Assembly (NCBI GenBank): GCA_002269645.1 | Contig: NIVC01002244.1 | Coordinates: 124,001 to 188,000 of the forward strand | DNA from: Macrostomum lignano | Lineage: Eukaryota | Direction of reading: 5' to 3' | Length of the DNA: 64,000 nt | Part shown: positions 1 through 40,240 of the stretch, piece after piece | How the letters are laid out: every line of letters starts with the position of its first letter | How positions within the stretch are numbered: position 1 is the stretch's first letter | Made by a program: the position numbers and the translations under genes | Notes under the pieces: generated by a model | What the model saw: only the letters and a program-made list of their open reading frames with translations | Told to the model about the DNA's origin: nothing | Database searches by the model: none

Positions 1-62
1 CGATTGTGATAAAGATTGCATCACAACAAGTTGAAAACAGTACCGAAGAAATGCACACACGA

Positions 63-300
63 CTTGATTTAAATTGCGTAACCATATTGCTAACTTAAAT
101 TGAGACTGATACTGGCTGACTGAGAAATTGATTATGTCATAAATTTTTACTCCAATTGACTTGCTGTAAGAATTGAATTATAAGGGCCACAATTCATGTT
201 CTCCAATTGAAAAGAGATAGCCCTGATGCGAACAGACTGGAATGCTAATGTAGCGACCTGGGTTCGAATCTTAGTAGTGCAAAAAGATTTTTTTTATTAA
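63..300 (+). repeat. Interspersed repeat with tRNA-like 3' part (SINE-like), copy 1
   Basis: Aligns by eye with 4250-4520 (shared AATTGCGTAACCATATTG, CTGAGAAATTGATTA, CACAATTCATGTT, AACAGACTG..TGCTAATG.AGCGAC.TGGGTTCGAAT). Pol III B-box-like GGTTCGAATC near 262-271. Confidence 0.6.
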
Positions 301-351
301 AACACCTTAAAAACACAACAAAACTGCTAAACATCAAAGAAGCGCAATGTC

Positions 352-842
352 AAACATAGAAGAGCCAACATATCGAACATAAAAGAGTTACCAAGTCAAA
401 CATAAAAGAGCTACCATGTCGAACATTAAAGAGCCGCCATGTCAAAACATAAAAGTGCCATCATGTCGAACCTAAAAGAGCCACCATGTCTAACATAAAA
501 GAGCCACCATATCGAACATTAAAGAGCCACCATGTCAAACATTAAAGAGCCATTATGTCAAACCTAAAAGAGCCACCATGTCTAACAGTAAAGAGCCACC
601 ATGTCGAACATTAAAGGGCCACCATGTAGAACATTAAAGAGCCACCATGTCGAACATTAAAGAACCACCATGTCAAACATTAAAGAACCACCATGTCGAA
701 CATTAAAGAGCCACCATGTCAAAAATAGAAGAGCCACCATGTCAAACATAGAAGAGCCACCATTTCTAACATTAAAGAGCCACTATGTCGAACATTAAAG
801 AGCCACCATGTCGAACATTAAAGAGCCACCATGTAAAACATT
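352..842. repeat. ~22-bp minisatellite (GAGCCACCATGTCGAACATTAA)n
   Basis: About 22 imperfect tandem copies visible directly. Confidence 0.95.
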
Positions 843-1446
843 AAATTGTTCATAGTATCCAATTTACTAAAAATCAAAACTATGTACCTATCTATAGGAA
901 CCTTTGTTTAACTAGACTTCCAATATACTAAAAATCAAAACTATGTACCTACCTACCTATCTATCTATAGGAACTTTCGTTTAACTTGACTCTACATGGT
1001 CGGAATTTCGTGGGGTTTTCTGCATTCGATGCGTATTGATGGTGCGCTGGTACACAAAATTTTGCTAAGAAATTGCTTCATTTTTTCGGGCTTAAATATT
1101 CGAAAAACTCGATTTTCTCCCTGTTTTTTAAAGTTTAAACAGTTCTTTCCGATTGAGAAGCAGTCTGACTGCCGATGGAATTGTATTGCATCATAGCTCA
1201 GTGCCAACTATAGCATTGGTTCTCTACACTCGCGTGGAGAGCTACAAGCGTTGAAAGGTTGCGCAACACCTTTTAGTTATTGAATTGAGGGGCGGGTATT
1301 GTCATTCAATGAGTCCCGGGCATTGGCTTGGTTGTGAATTTCAATGCATCAACTGCAGGCCTCTCACTGTAGCTGGCGCTGAATGTACACCTTATGAATT
1401 TGACTGCTTTAAAGCAGGAATGTCCAACCGTTGTTTGTGCTTCGAG

Positions 1447-4032
1447 TAGGGGGTGACCGGGACGGCCAAAGTCGGGCCCGGGTCGGGCCCGGGAATGAGG
1501 ACTCGGGCCCGGGTCGGGCCTCGGGAATTCGGGACAAGATCTTTAGGACAGCTCAATAATTGGAAAAAAATCATAATAAATCTTAATACTTTTAGCATAT
1601 GCGGATTACTATTAAATATATAATAAATATATCAATATATTAAATTTAATATAATATATTAAATGTATAATAAATATATGATAAACATTAAATATATTAT
1701 AATATATAAATATATTAAATATATAATAATATATAAATATAATAAATATAATATATTATATTAAATATAATAAATATTTAAATTTAAATATAATAAATAT
1801 ACAATAAATATTATTATTATTTAATACATTAGTTAAGACTTCAGAATAAGATAAGAGTTACAATAAAAGACTTAATACTCAAATATCAATATACTCAATA
1901 GTTCAAATTCAATGTCACTGTGTGAGTGTGTGGCACAAGTACTGTGTGTGTGCCAGTGACAGTGATACTAACAAGCAGTGAGGTAGGCAAGCAGTCACTG
2001 CGGCAGTGCGGCTGGCACTGGCAGTGGCAGTAAGCAAAAGAAGAAAAGCTGAAGCATTAAGTGTAAGGCACTTGGCATTGGAAGCAGTAAGGAAGTAAGA
2101 ACCAAATCAATTGATTGATTCTTTTATTTGAATTTTTAGTTCCTTTACATAGCTTCAATGTAAAGAGCCATGTACACAGTCAGTATTCAGTAAGACAACA
2201 AGACAAGATAACAGAACAGAACACAAGTGAAGTGACAACACAACACAACACTCAACTGTCTCAACAGAACAGGCAAACAGACAATGGAAATACAAGTAAT
2301 TAGCTGATACCTGCCTACCTGCTCACCTACCTACTTAAACGAATATGATTACGAATACGATACTACAAGTCTACGACTACGACTACCTACGATACAAATA
2401 TGAACACGATTACAAACTCTAATAGATAGCAAACTTCTTGGAAAAATGGTAGCCTTCTTGGAATGTAAATAGGAAATGTTATTTACAAAAGCTTAAAAAT
2501 GACAAATAAACTTTTTAAAGAATCATATTTTTGCTTTTAGGCTGCAGCCTGCAGCGTGTAAAGTGGAATCAATATTGCAAAAAAGTATTGCAAAACTATG
2601 TTTTAATTTTATCTTCCTGGAAAAAAATCCGATCTTCCTGGAAAGTGGAAACTGGCTGTGGCTGACGCTCACGGTCACAGACGCTCACGCTAAGAGCCTA
2701 CTACGAATCAATGATATTGCTACTTCACATCATATCATCTAAATATACTAAATCTATTACTATTACTGATGCGATGCTTAACTGAGTGTTGTGCTGTCCT
2801 GATCCTGAGTCCTGAGTCCTGACCACTGACCTGACATGACGGATGACGAGGAAATGATTATTGATTAGAGTACACTACACTACACTGTATAATTCTAACG
2901 AAAGTGACAGTAATAATTACTCGATACTTATAGCACTAGCCTAGCAGTGATTTTTAGCACTCCGTCTGTAGTCCGTCACTTACGGAGTCACGATCACGAC
3001 TCACGAGTCACTACACAATCACGAGTCACCGTCACGGTCAAAACAAAACTCGCGAATCACGAATCAGTCACAAGTCACGACTCACGCCTCAGACACGACA
3101 CGACTCCACTCCACGAGCCCAGAAAGTTCAAAGTCCAGTCCAGTCCACCCTCGGGCCTCGGCCTCCACTCAACTTCTCTTCTCCACTCCAGGAGTCCAGA
3201 CGAAACGAAAGTGATAAAAAAGGAAAAGGTCAAAACTCAGAAGTCAGTAATCTTTTACGATGTCAATTTCAATAAATCGGTATCAGATATGATATCACTA
3301 TCAGTCTATCAGTATTACATATATATATATACATATATCTATATTGTATGTATATTGTATGATATGTATCATCAATTTTGAACAGTATGTAATTATTTTA
3401 TTGTCGTACATGTACACTCGAAAATTCGAATCTGACTGTTTAGTTAAGTGAGTGGGTTACTTGACTCAAGCTCGAGTGGGAGTCAGGACTCAGGACAGGA
3501 GTCCAGCTGTCCAAGACTCAGGACGGTGACGGAACGGGAACGGGAGTCGGCATTGGCACTCTGACTTGGCAGCCTGGACCTGGACTGGACATCGGGAATC
3601 GGGATGGGAGCAGCACCAGACATCACCGAACTTCACGGACAGCCGGGGCAGGGCAGACAGGCTTGAGCTTGACTGACACCAGTCACCAGTGACAGTGAGT
3701 GACCGACAGCTTCATAGAATCACAGACCGCTCACAGTCAGGTCAGGTGAGGTCGAGGTGAGGTCAGTGACCGACCAGAGACAGAGATGCCTCATGCAGTC
3801 ATGCCTTGCAGTTGCAGTTGCATTTTCCTGGGGCTGGAATTAAGGGTAAATTAGTGTGAATGTGTTGAAAAATAATTTTTTCTTATTCGCACGCGGTTAG
3901 TGCCTTTAGGGAAAAAAGACTTGTCCCGATTTCCCGACTTTTTTAGGTTCGGGCCCGGGCCCGGGTCGGGCCACGATTTTGGTCGGGATTCCCGACTTTT
4001 CGGGCCCGGGCCCGGGACTGGGTCGCCCCCTA
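1447..4032. mobile_element. Non-autonomous hAT-superfamily DNA transposon (2586 bp)
   Basis: TIRs TAGGGGGTGACC (1447) and GGTCGCCCCCTA (ends 4032). Identical 8-bp flanks GCTTCGAG at 1439-1446 and 4033-4040 (TSD). Multiple subterminal CGGGCCCGGG motifs at both ends. No transposase ORF inside. Confidence 0.88.
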
Positions 4033-4249
4033 GCTTCGAGTTTTTCACTTTCAGAAGAGAGCCTTGTATTGCTGGAAAGAGCTAGAAACGCTGAGTTCGA
4101 GAATATAATCTGTTTGCTGAGATTTGAAAAATTAAAAGCACAGCATAAAAAAGAAATTTCTATACTTTTTACTCTATATTCTCATTGTACGCTCTCTCAT
4201 ATCGCAAACCCCTATTTATCGCAACTCCACAATTCAAGCCAGCGCCATT

Positions 4250-4520
4250 AGATCTAAATTTAGATTGCGTAACCATATTGTTGACTTTAATTGTTGACTT
4301 TATTAATTGAAACTGATATTGACTGCCTGAGAAATTGATTACGTCGTAACTGGTTCGAGTGATTTCTACTCTATGCTGGGAGTTTTCAAAGTGTTGAAAT
4401 ATATAAGTGCTACAATTCATGTTATCAAAACGATGAGAGCTAGCCTAGAGGTAAACAGACTGAACTGCTAATGCAGCGACGTGGGTTCGAATTATTAGAG
4501 TGTTGAAGTTTTTTATTAAA
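4250..4520 (+). repeat. Interspersed repeat with tRNA-like 3' part (SINE-like), copy 2
   Basis: Homologous to 63-300. A-box-like TAGCCTAGAGG (~4441) and B-box-like GGTTCGAAT (~4485). Confidence 0.6.
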
Positions 4521-4759
4521 AAAATTAATTTCAAGAAAGCTAAAGGAATCTTAAAAATGTCAAGTAAATCAGGTAAAAGAGAAGAAGCTACGAGCGTTCA
4601 TGTAGTATAATCAAAAATTTTATTTAACTTTAAATTTTGAAAAGTTTTAAAAAGGACTATTCCAATAGATAAGAAATTAATTATTGTAATAGCTGACGAA
4701 ATTGTTTCACAATCTTGCTGGAGGTACTTTCTATCAGGGGATGCTTGCTATCGGAAGGA

Positions 4760-7700
4760 CGCTTGCTTTTGGGAATGCTTGCTCGGGGGAGATTGCTAAC
4801 TGGGGGAATCACTGAGATGTCAAGGCTTGGTGGGGAAATTCCTGAGATGTCAAGCCTTAGAGGGGGGAGGGAATTGCTGAGATGTCAAGTCTTAGAGGGA
4901 GGAGGGACTTGCTGAGATGCCAAGGCTTAAGAGGGACTTGCTGAGATGCCAAGGCTTAAGAGGGACTTGCTGAGATGCCAAGGCTTAAGAGGGACTTGCT
5001 GAGATGCCAAGGCTTAGGAGGGACTTGCTGAGATGCCAAGGCTTGGTGGGGAAATTCCTGAGATGTCAAGTCTTAGGGGGGGGGAATTGCTGAGATGCCA
5101 AGGCTACAAAGGGACTTGCTGAGATGCCAAGGCTTAAGAGGGACTTGCTGAGATGCCAAGGCTTAAGAGGGACTTGCTGAGATGCCAAGGCTTAGGAGGG
5201 ACTTGCTGAGATGCCAAGGCTTAAGAGGGACTTGCTGAGATGCCAAGGCTTAAGAGGGACTTGCTGAGATGCCAAGGCTTAGGAGGGACTTGCTGAGATG
5301 CCAAGGCTTGGTGGGGAAATTCCTGAGATGTCAAGTCTTAGGTGGGGGGGAATTGCTGAGATGTCAAATGCTTAGAGGGACTTGCCGAGATGTCAAGACG
5401 TAAGACGGAATTGCTGAGATTTCAAGGCTTGGGGGGGGGAATTACTGAGATGCCAAGGCTTGAGGGCGAATTGCTGAGATGTGAAGGCTTGGGGGAATTT
5501 CCGAGATGTCAATGCTTGGTGGGGAAATTCCTGAGATGTCAAGTCTTAGAAGGGGGAAATCTGTGAGATATCAAGTCTAAGGGGGGAATTGCTGAGATGT
5601 GAAGGCTTGGGGGAATTTCCGAGATGTCAATGCTTGGTGGGGAAATTCCTGAGATTTCAAGTCTTAGAAGGGGGAAATCTGTGAGATATCAAGTCTAAGG
5701 GGGGAATTGCTGAGATGTGAAGGCTTGGGGGAATTTCCGAGATGTCAATGCTTGGTGGGGAAATTCCTGAGATTTCAAGTCTTAGAAGGGGGAAATCTGT
5801 GAGATATCAAGTCTAAGGGGGGAATTGCTGAGATGTGAAGGCTTGGGGGAATTTCTGAGATGTCAAAATCTTAGGGAAGGGAATTGCAGAGATTTCAAGT
5901 CCTGAGGGCGAATTGCTGAGATGTCATGTCTTTGGGGGGAATTCTATGGATTGGGGATTCTTTGAATGAGGGAGGGTGCTTCTAATATATATCTTTGGAT
6001 AGTGATTCATTGGTGAATTCCTTCGTTGGGGGATTACTATTTCGATGAAGGGTTCTTTGAATGGGGGATTCTTTCTTTCTATAGAGTGATCCTTTGAATA
6101 TGAGATTCTTTGGGGGGATTCTTTATGAGGGGATTCTTTGGATGGGGAGTATTTCGACGGTGGTTCTTTAGATGAGGGGATTCTTTGGCCAAGGATTCTT
6201 TTGATGGGGGATTATTTGAATGGGAGATTCTTAAGAGGGGGATTCTTTGGATAGGGGTGGATGGGGGATTCTTTGGATAGGGATGGATGGGGGGTTCTTT
6301 GGATAGGGATGGATCTGGGGTTCTTTGGATAGGGATGGATGGGGGATTCTTTGGATGAGGGATTCTTTGAACGGAGATTCTGTGGAGGTCAAGTCTTAGG
6401 GGGGGAATTGCTGAGATGTCAACGCTTTTGACTGGGAGAAATTGCTAAGATGTCAAGATTTACTGGGGGGAATTACTGAGATATAAAGACTTACTGGGTG
6501 AATTACTGAGATTTCATTGCTCAATGGGAAATTCCTTAGATGTCAAGTCTTACAGAGGGGAATTGCTGAGATGGCAAGACTTACTTCGGAAATTACTGAG
6601 ATATAAAGGCTTACTGGGGGAATTTCTGAGATGTCAAGGCGTGGGGGGAATTTCTGAGATGTCAAGACTTGAGACGGGGAGAAATTGCTAAGATGTCAAG
6701 TCTTAGGGGGGGGGGTAATTACTGAGATGTCAAGACTTAAGGGTAAATGAGATGTCAAGTCTTGGGGAGGGGAATTACTGAGATTTCAAGGCTTGGTAAG
6801 AATGATTCATTGGGAACTTCTTTCGATGGGGGATTCTTTCGATGAAGGGTTCTTCCGATAAAGGGATCTTTTGGATTGGATTGGATTGGATTTGGATTGT
6901 TTGGACGGAGATTATTTGCATGAGGGGATTCTTTAGATGGGGGTTATTTGGATGGGTGTTCTGTAGATGAGGGGATTCTTTGGCCAAGGATTCTATTTGG
7001 ATGGGAGATTCTTTGGATTCTTTGGATGGGGGGTTCTTTGGATTCTTTGGATGGGGTTTCTGTTAATGGGGATTATTTGGATGTGAATTCTTTAGAGGGG
7101 GGTTTTCTGGAGGGGGATTCTTTGGATTCTTTGGATTGGGATTATTTGGACGGGGGTTCTTTAGATGAGGGGATTATTTTGTCAATGATTTTTTAGATAA
7201 GGGATAATTTGGATTTGAGAATCTTTGGATTATTTAGATGGGGATTTTGTGGATGGGGATTATTTGGATGTCGATTATTTAGATGGGGATTCTTTGGATA
7301 TGGACGGATTGGGGGATTCTTTAGATAGGAATGGATGCCGGGTTTTTCTGGATAGGGATGGATAGAAGGATTCTTTAGATAGGGATGGATTTGGGATTCT
7401 TTGGATATGGATGGATGGGGGATTCTTTGGATAGGGATGGATTTGGGATTCTTTGGATATGGATGGATGAGGATTCTTTGGATATGGAAGGATGGGGGGA
7501 TTCTTTGGATAGGGATGGATTTGAGATTCTTTGGATGGGGATTCTGTGTATGGCGGATTCCTTGGATAGGAAATTCATTGGATGGGGATTCTTCGAATCA
7601 GGATTCTATCAATGGGGGGTTCTTTGAATGGAGGATTCTTTAGATATTGGATTCTTTGCATGTGAGATTCTATGGATGGGCGATTCATTGGATGGGGAAT

Positions 7701-7900
7701 TCTTCAGATAGGAGGATTCCTTTAGTGGGGAATTGTGTGGATTGTGTGGAGTGGGAAATTGAGTGGATTCTATCGATGGAGGTTCTTTAGATGGCGGATT
7801 CTTTGGATAGGGAATTCTTTGCATGTGAGATTCTTTGCATCAGAGATTTTATAGATGGGGGACTTTTTTGGATGAAAGATTCTTTGGATGTGGGATTCAG
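4760..7900. repeat. Compound G-rich minisatellite in an A-B-A-B arrangement
   Basis: Type A ~28-bp GAGGGACTTGCTGAGATGCCAAGGCTTA at 4760-5935 and 6386-6795. Type B GGGGATTCTTTGGAT-like at 5940-6385 and 6800-7900. Confidence 0.9.
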
Positions 7901-8059
7901 TGGGGTGAAATTTTATTGCGTGGGAAAACTGTGATTGGAGTTTGGACGAAAAGCCCCAACGGGGGTTGGAATTGGCTAGTATAGCACTAAAAAAGCTCTC
8001 ATGACACTCATTGGTGAGGTTTCATTATTCATTAATGAATAATGGTTGTTGGTTGTTGT

Positions 8060-9126
8060 CTGACAGGTAAATTACCGGTGTCTAACAGGGGGATTACCAG
8101 TGTCTAACAGGTAGATTACCAGTGTCTAACAGGTAAATTACCAGTGTCTAACAGGTGGATTACTAGTGTCTAACAGGTAGATTACCAGTGTCTAACAGGG
8201 GGATTACCAGTGTCTAACAGGTAGATTACCAGTGTCTAACAGGTGTATTGCCAGTGTCTAACAGGTGGATTACCAGTTTCTAACAGGTGGATTACCAGTG
8301 TCTAACAGGTGGATTGCCAGTGTCTAACAGGTGGATTGCCAGTGTCTAACCGGTGAATTGCTAGTGTCTAACAGGTGGATTGTTAGTGTCTAACCGGTGA
8401 ATTGCTAGTGTCTAACAGGTGGATTGTTAGTGTCTAACCGGTGAATTGCCAGTGTCTAACAGGTGGATTGCCAGTGTCTAACAGGTGGATTGCCAGTGTC
8501 TAACAGGTAGATTACCAGTGTCTAACAGGTGGATTGCCAGTGTCTAACAGGTAAATTACCAGTGTCTAACATGTGGATTGCCAGTGTCTAACAGGTAGAT
8601 TACCAGTGTCTAACAGGTGGATTGCCAGTGTCTAACAGGTAAATTACCAGTGTCTAACATGTGGATTGCCAGTGTCTAACAGGTAGATTACCAGTGTCTA
8701 ACAGGTGGATTGCCAATATCTAACAGGTGGATTACCAGTGTCTAACAGGTGGATTGCCAGTGCCTAACAGGTGGATTGCCAGTGTCTAACAGGTGATGTC
8801 AGTGTCTAACAGGTGATGTCAGTGTCTAAAAGGTGATGCCAGTGTCTAACAGGTGATGTCAGTGTCTATCAGGTGATGTCAGTGTCTAAAAGGTGATGTC
8901 AGTGTCTATCAGGTGATGCCAGTGTCTAACAGGTGATGTCAGTGTCTAACAGGTGATGTCAGTGTCTAAAAGGTGATGCCAGTGTCTAACAGGTGATGTC
9001 AGTGTCTATCAGGTGATGTCAGTGTCTAAAAGGTGATGTCAGTGTCTAACAGGTGATGTCAGTGTCTAAAAGGTGATGTCAGTGTCTAAAAGGTGATGTC
9101 AGTGTCTATCAGGTGATGTCAGTGTC
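8060..9126. repeat. 22-bp minisatellite (ACAGGTGGATTGCCAGTGTCTA)n switching to a 20-bp unit (ACAGGTGATGTCAGTGTCTA)n near 8790
   Basis: Tandem copies visible directly. Confidence 0.95.
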
Positions 9127-10076
9127 CTCAAAGATAAAGCCTGCTAAAGCATGTATCTTACAGGTAAAGCCGGTATCTAATGTTTTTAGTCTGTATCTAA
9201 CAGGTAAATAGAGTTCTAACAGGTAAAGCGAGTATCTAACAGGTAAAGCCTGTACCTAACAGGTAAAGCGAGTATCTAACAGATCGTTAAACTTAGTCAG
9301 AGACAATGCCTTGAATTGTAGCCCTGTCGTATTTAAGAATGCACTGCAGGCATTAAAATAAACTTTTTCAACAAGGTGAAATTCAGTTACTGTCGTTGGA
9401 GGGGTCCCGCCCAGTTCCTGCGCACCCGTCGCACTCCAGAATATTTTTAGTTGCAGCAGACAGGGGGCGCCCTGCAGCTCATATTTTTAAGCGTTATTTG
9501 TCTTTGGCTGGCATCACTCACTTATCATTCTGCCCAGCCGCCATGGAGAACGTTGCTGCATGTGTTTCAAAGGCGAGGGTTACGCCCAGACTCTGCAGTA
9601 TGCCGCCTCAATCAAGCATGGTAGAGAATAGATGAAGCCCACTCAAAATGATGGCGGAGAGAAAGGGAGGGGAGAGAGAGAAAGGTGCGGACTCAATAGA
9701 CTCAGAACATATAGACGCATTGTCCTACTGGTCGCACACTGCATGCTATTTTTAGGCACTAGCAAAGCCAGCCATTCCAGATGCAGCTGGTCTCCACTTG
9801 TGCTTGTGCGCGCACTTATTTAGGTTGGCATTTCCTCCACCCCTCCTGGCCCATCCATCAGCCTCACCGCCACTTATTGTATATAAGCGTGAGAAAATCT
9901 GTCTCAAAGCCCTCTCAGTCAGGTGCTACAAGCTTACTATAGTTTGTGAGGCTCAGTACAACGTTTCAAATCAGAAGCTTTTATTTGATTTAAAGTTTTA
10001 TTTGAATTTCGCTTTAAGAGACAAGCAGGTCTCTTTGTAAGATTTGCTTCCAGAACAGCTGACTAAATAGCGGGGC

Positions 10077-37510
<27,434 letters not shown>

Positions 37511-38613
37511 GCCTGCATACCATCGCAACATTGACTAATATACCAGCTATTGGTGTGTAACTTTCGTGTAGCTGTGACTGAAACCGTTTACCATATTATT
37601 CACCCATTTTGAATCTAAATTTGCTCATTTTGCTTGAAAATACGAGCGTCTATTAGCTGCTTCACGCGGCTTGAGTAGTATGCGTAGTAAATTGCTTGAC
37701 TGTAATATTTTTATCGGCTCGTTTTATTGTTGATAACAACTCATTCGATACAGGTAATTTGATTTATTTACTCCAGCTTAATCGTTCGGATGCAAAAGCA
37801 GAACTAAAACAAATAACGCTATGACCGAGGCTTTGAAATGCTTCAAAAAATTTTTGAAGCCTCATAAAAGCAAAAAAACTCCCCTATTTTGTAAATAAAG
37901 CTCAGTTCTTGCATCTGGTTAAAACGACGTTAGACACACCAATTGCTTACTATAGCTATCAGTAGTATATTTAGTATCTGCGTCTTCCTTCGCCAAATTA
38001 AAAGCCTGATATTCAATTCAATATTATTTTAAATTTCATACCACTTATATTTACCACTAGAGCGGTCCAAGCTTGTGCTACCCAACTGTGATTTTTATTT
38101 ATACAAGCGTAGTAATTCGGTTTTATATTTTAAATCCGTGCCAGTCTACGGACAAACGGAAAGAAATGACCTTGTTTTTCGACTATAAATCGGAATCGAA
38201 TAGATTCGCTAATTAAACCATTTAATTAAACCGTTCAAAGAACGTTTCATTTTATTTCCACCATTTAATAAAATTCTTAAAACAAAAATCATTTGAATTT
38301 AACGTTTAAATTAACCCATTGAGTAAAACAAACCAAAATAAAAACCTATTAAATAAAGGATTTAAGTAAATCCTTCGAATAGATCATTTAAAAAAAAAAG
38401 TTAAAACCTCTTAACAAAAAAGACTATAGTTGCATCTAAACCAATAATCGTGACTCAGCATGAACGAGTAGGGAAATCGATCAGAAACACGCAAAGTGTA
38501 GAGTATTTCATCTCCTTTGAAAAACTATAAACATTGTTAACATGCTACTTATACAGTAGTATAGCAAAGGCACGTACAAAAATAAGTATTGAACCAGGCT
38601 ACATTTGTATTAA

Positions 38614-38970
38614 CCAATCAGAAATGCGAAAGGTTGGTCATGTTATTTTTAGTAACGAACCAATCACTCGCGACCCACAATTGTCAAGTTAAATCCCATT
38701 TGCGATTCATTATTGGCCACGTGAAACCTACGTTTTTCAGTTCAACCCCACCTACGATTCGTCATTTGGCTTGCACCCGGTTTGCACCCGGATGAACCAA
38801 TCAAACGCGACAGAAAAACACCAGATACGGTAACCAATCATGTGTGTTTTACAGTAGATTAGTTGCATAACTTTCTGCCCTGTCATGCTTGACAGCCACC
38901 GAATCGTGACCCTTTGACACTTGCGAAGACAGTGATGTACGACCTCGAGAGAGGTCCGAACGCCTATAAA
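38614..38970 (+). promoter_or_regulatory. CCAAT-box cluster plus TATA box (possible promoter or LTR-like block)
   Basis: AACCAATCA at 38614, 38660, 38797 and 38834; ATTGG at 38712; TATAAA at 38965. Confidence 0.4.
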
Positions 38971-39669
38971 TACAAGTGGTCCGGAACGGACCCGGAGCCA
39001 ACAATTCCTCAGGAAGGAGAAGAGCTCCGAAGAGGAAGCCACAGTCGGACTTCCTGGACCAAGACTCGGTCGATTGTTGCGGTAAGCCTTCCTTATTTGC
39101 GCCCGTTGTTGTTAGAGACGTCTCGCTCAAGTCTATGTGACTTGAGTTTAGTTTGAGTCTGTTGAAACTCTTGAGTCTGTTTAGACTCCACTGGTTGCAG
39201 TCTCCAGAAGGACTGCCCCTGATAGATCTAAGAGGACTATCAGTGGTTTCCGGAGCTATACCTAGAGTGCATAGAGGCACTGCTAGAAGGATGCTTATAT
39301 TGAACCGCAGTTGGCGCAGGGTACCCATTGTAATTGGAAGCTTCCCATTGGTCCGAAAGACAGATACCGGCCGGCGAGACACAAAGAAGAAATCGGACCA
39401 GAGCAACTGAGTCTTCCGGAAGAAAAGCGAGACCTACGGATCCACTGAGAGACCTATTGCGAGAACTACTCGAGGAAGAGAACAGCTCAACCGGATTTAA
39501 GGTAATTGAGTACCTGCAGTTGACTTACTGGGTTGCCTAGCTACAGAGCTAGAAGTGATTGTTCCTTGATTACAGTTGAGGACTGGTAATAAGGAACACA
39601 TCAAAAGCAGCATGTAGCTTTGAACTGGAATTTACGAGACAACGTAGAAAAAGCTGGCCACAGAGGGGG

Positions 39670-40240
39670 GATCAAGAGAACACACGCTTTTGGGCCGCAC
39701 ATCTAAAAAATTCAGCTCCCCAGTCAGAGTCAGAGCGGGGGCTCTCGCATGCCTCAGAAGCAGTTCTGTGTAGCGCGTCGTTCACCCTTTTCCCTCGTCT
39801 CCGCGGGCCCTGCGCCGTCCACAACAGCAGAACGTGTAACGGCTCGCGGCAGCAACTGGTGGCCATGCAGCCAGCCCGAGTCGCCTTTCGCGCAGCAGGT
39901 CAGAAGGCCGCATTAGACGGGCCCGGCGTAGAACGTGACGTTGGACTCCGAGCCCGGGCCTCAGCGCACGCCGAACGCAGAGCGCAGCATCGCAGAGTGC
40001 GCGGCGTCCAGCTGGTTCTTCAGAGCATCCGTCAGAGTCCAGGTCTCAGGGTTGTAGAGCAGATCAGTCTCTATGACTGCCCGAAACAGCTGAGCCCAGG
40101 TCGCGTCATCCAGAGCCTCAGATCCCAGCACCCAGTGAACCGAGCGTAAGGCGGCCCAGGGCGTCCTCCTTCTCATGTCGCTGGCGATGTCCGGCACGAC
40201 TCCGCCGAGGTACACTAAATGCCGGCAGCGTCGTAGCGCG
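39670..40240 (-). mobile_element. Degenerate RTE-clade non-LTR retrotransposon fragment (C-terminal to the RT core)
   Basis: YLG...LFRAVIETDLLYNPETWTLT...LDAAHSAMLR and EPLHVLLLW..QGPRRRG match the RTE post-RT pattern (YLG...LLYGxETW...LD...MLR...LLW..G.R.RG). Interrupted by stops and frameshifts. Confidence 0.8.

Noticed and set aside
222-285. Functional tRNA gene (also ~4440-4500, 19360-19425 and 63955-64000)
   Set aside because: A/B-box-like motifs are present but I could not fold a full cloverleaf with paired acceptor stem; better explained as SINE heads or pseudogenes.
2947-3381. 144-aa ORF in the hAT interior as a transposase
   Set aside because: Low-complexity product of stuttered DNA, with no hAT/BED/RNase H-like motifs.
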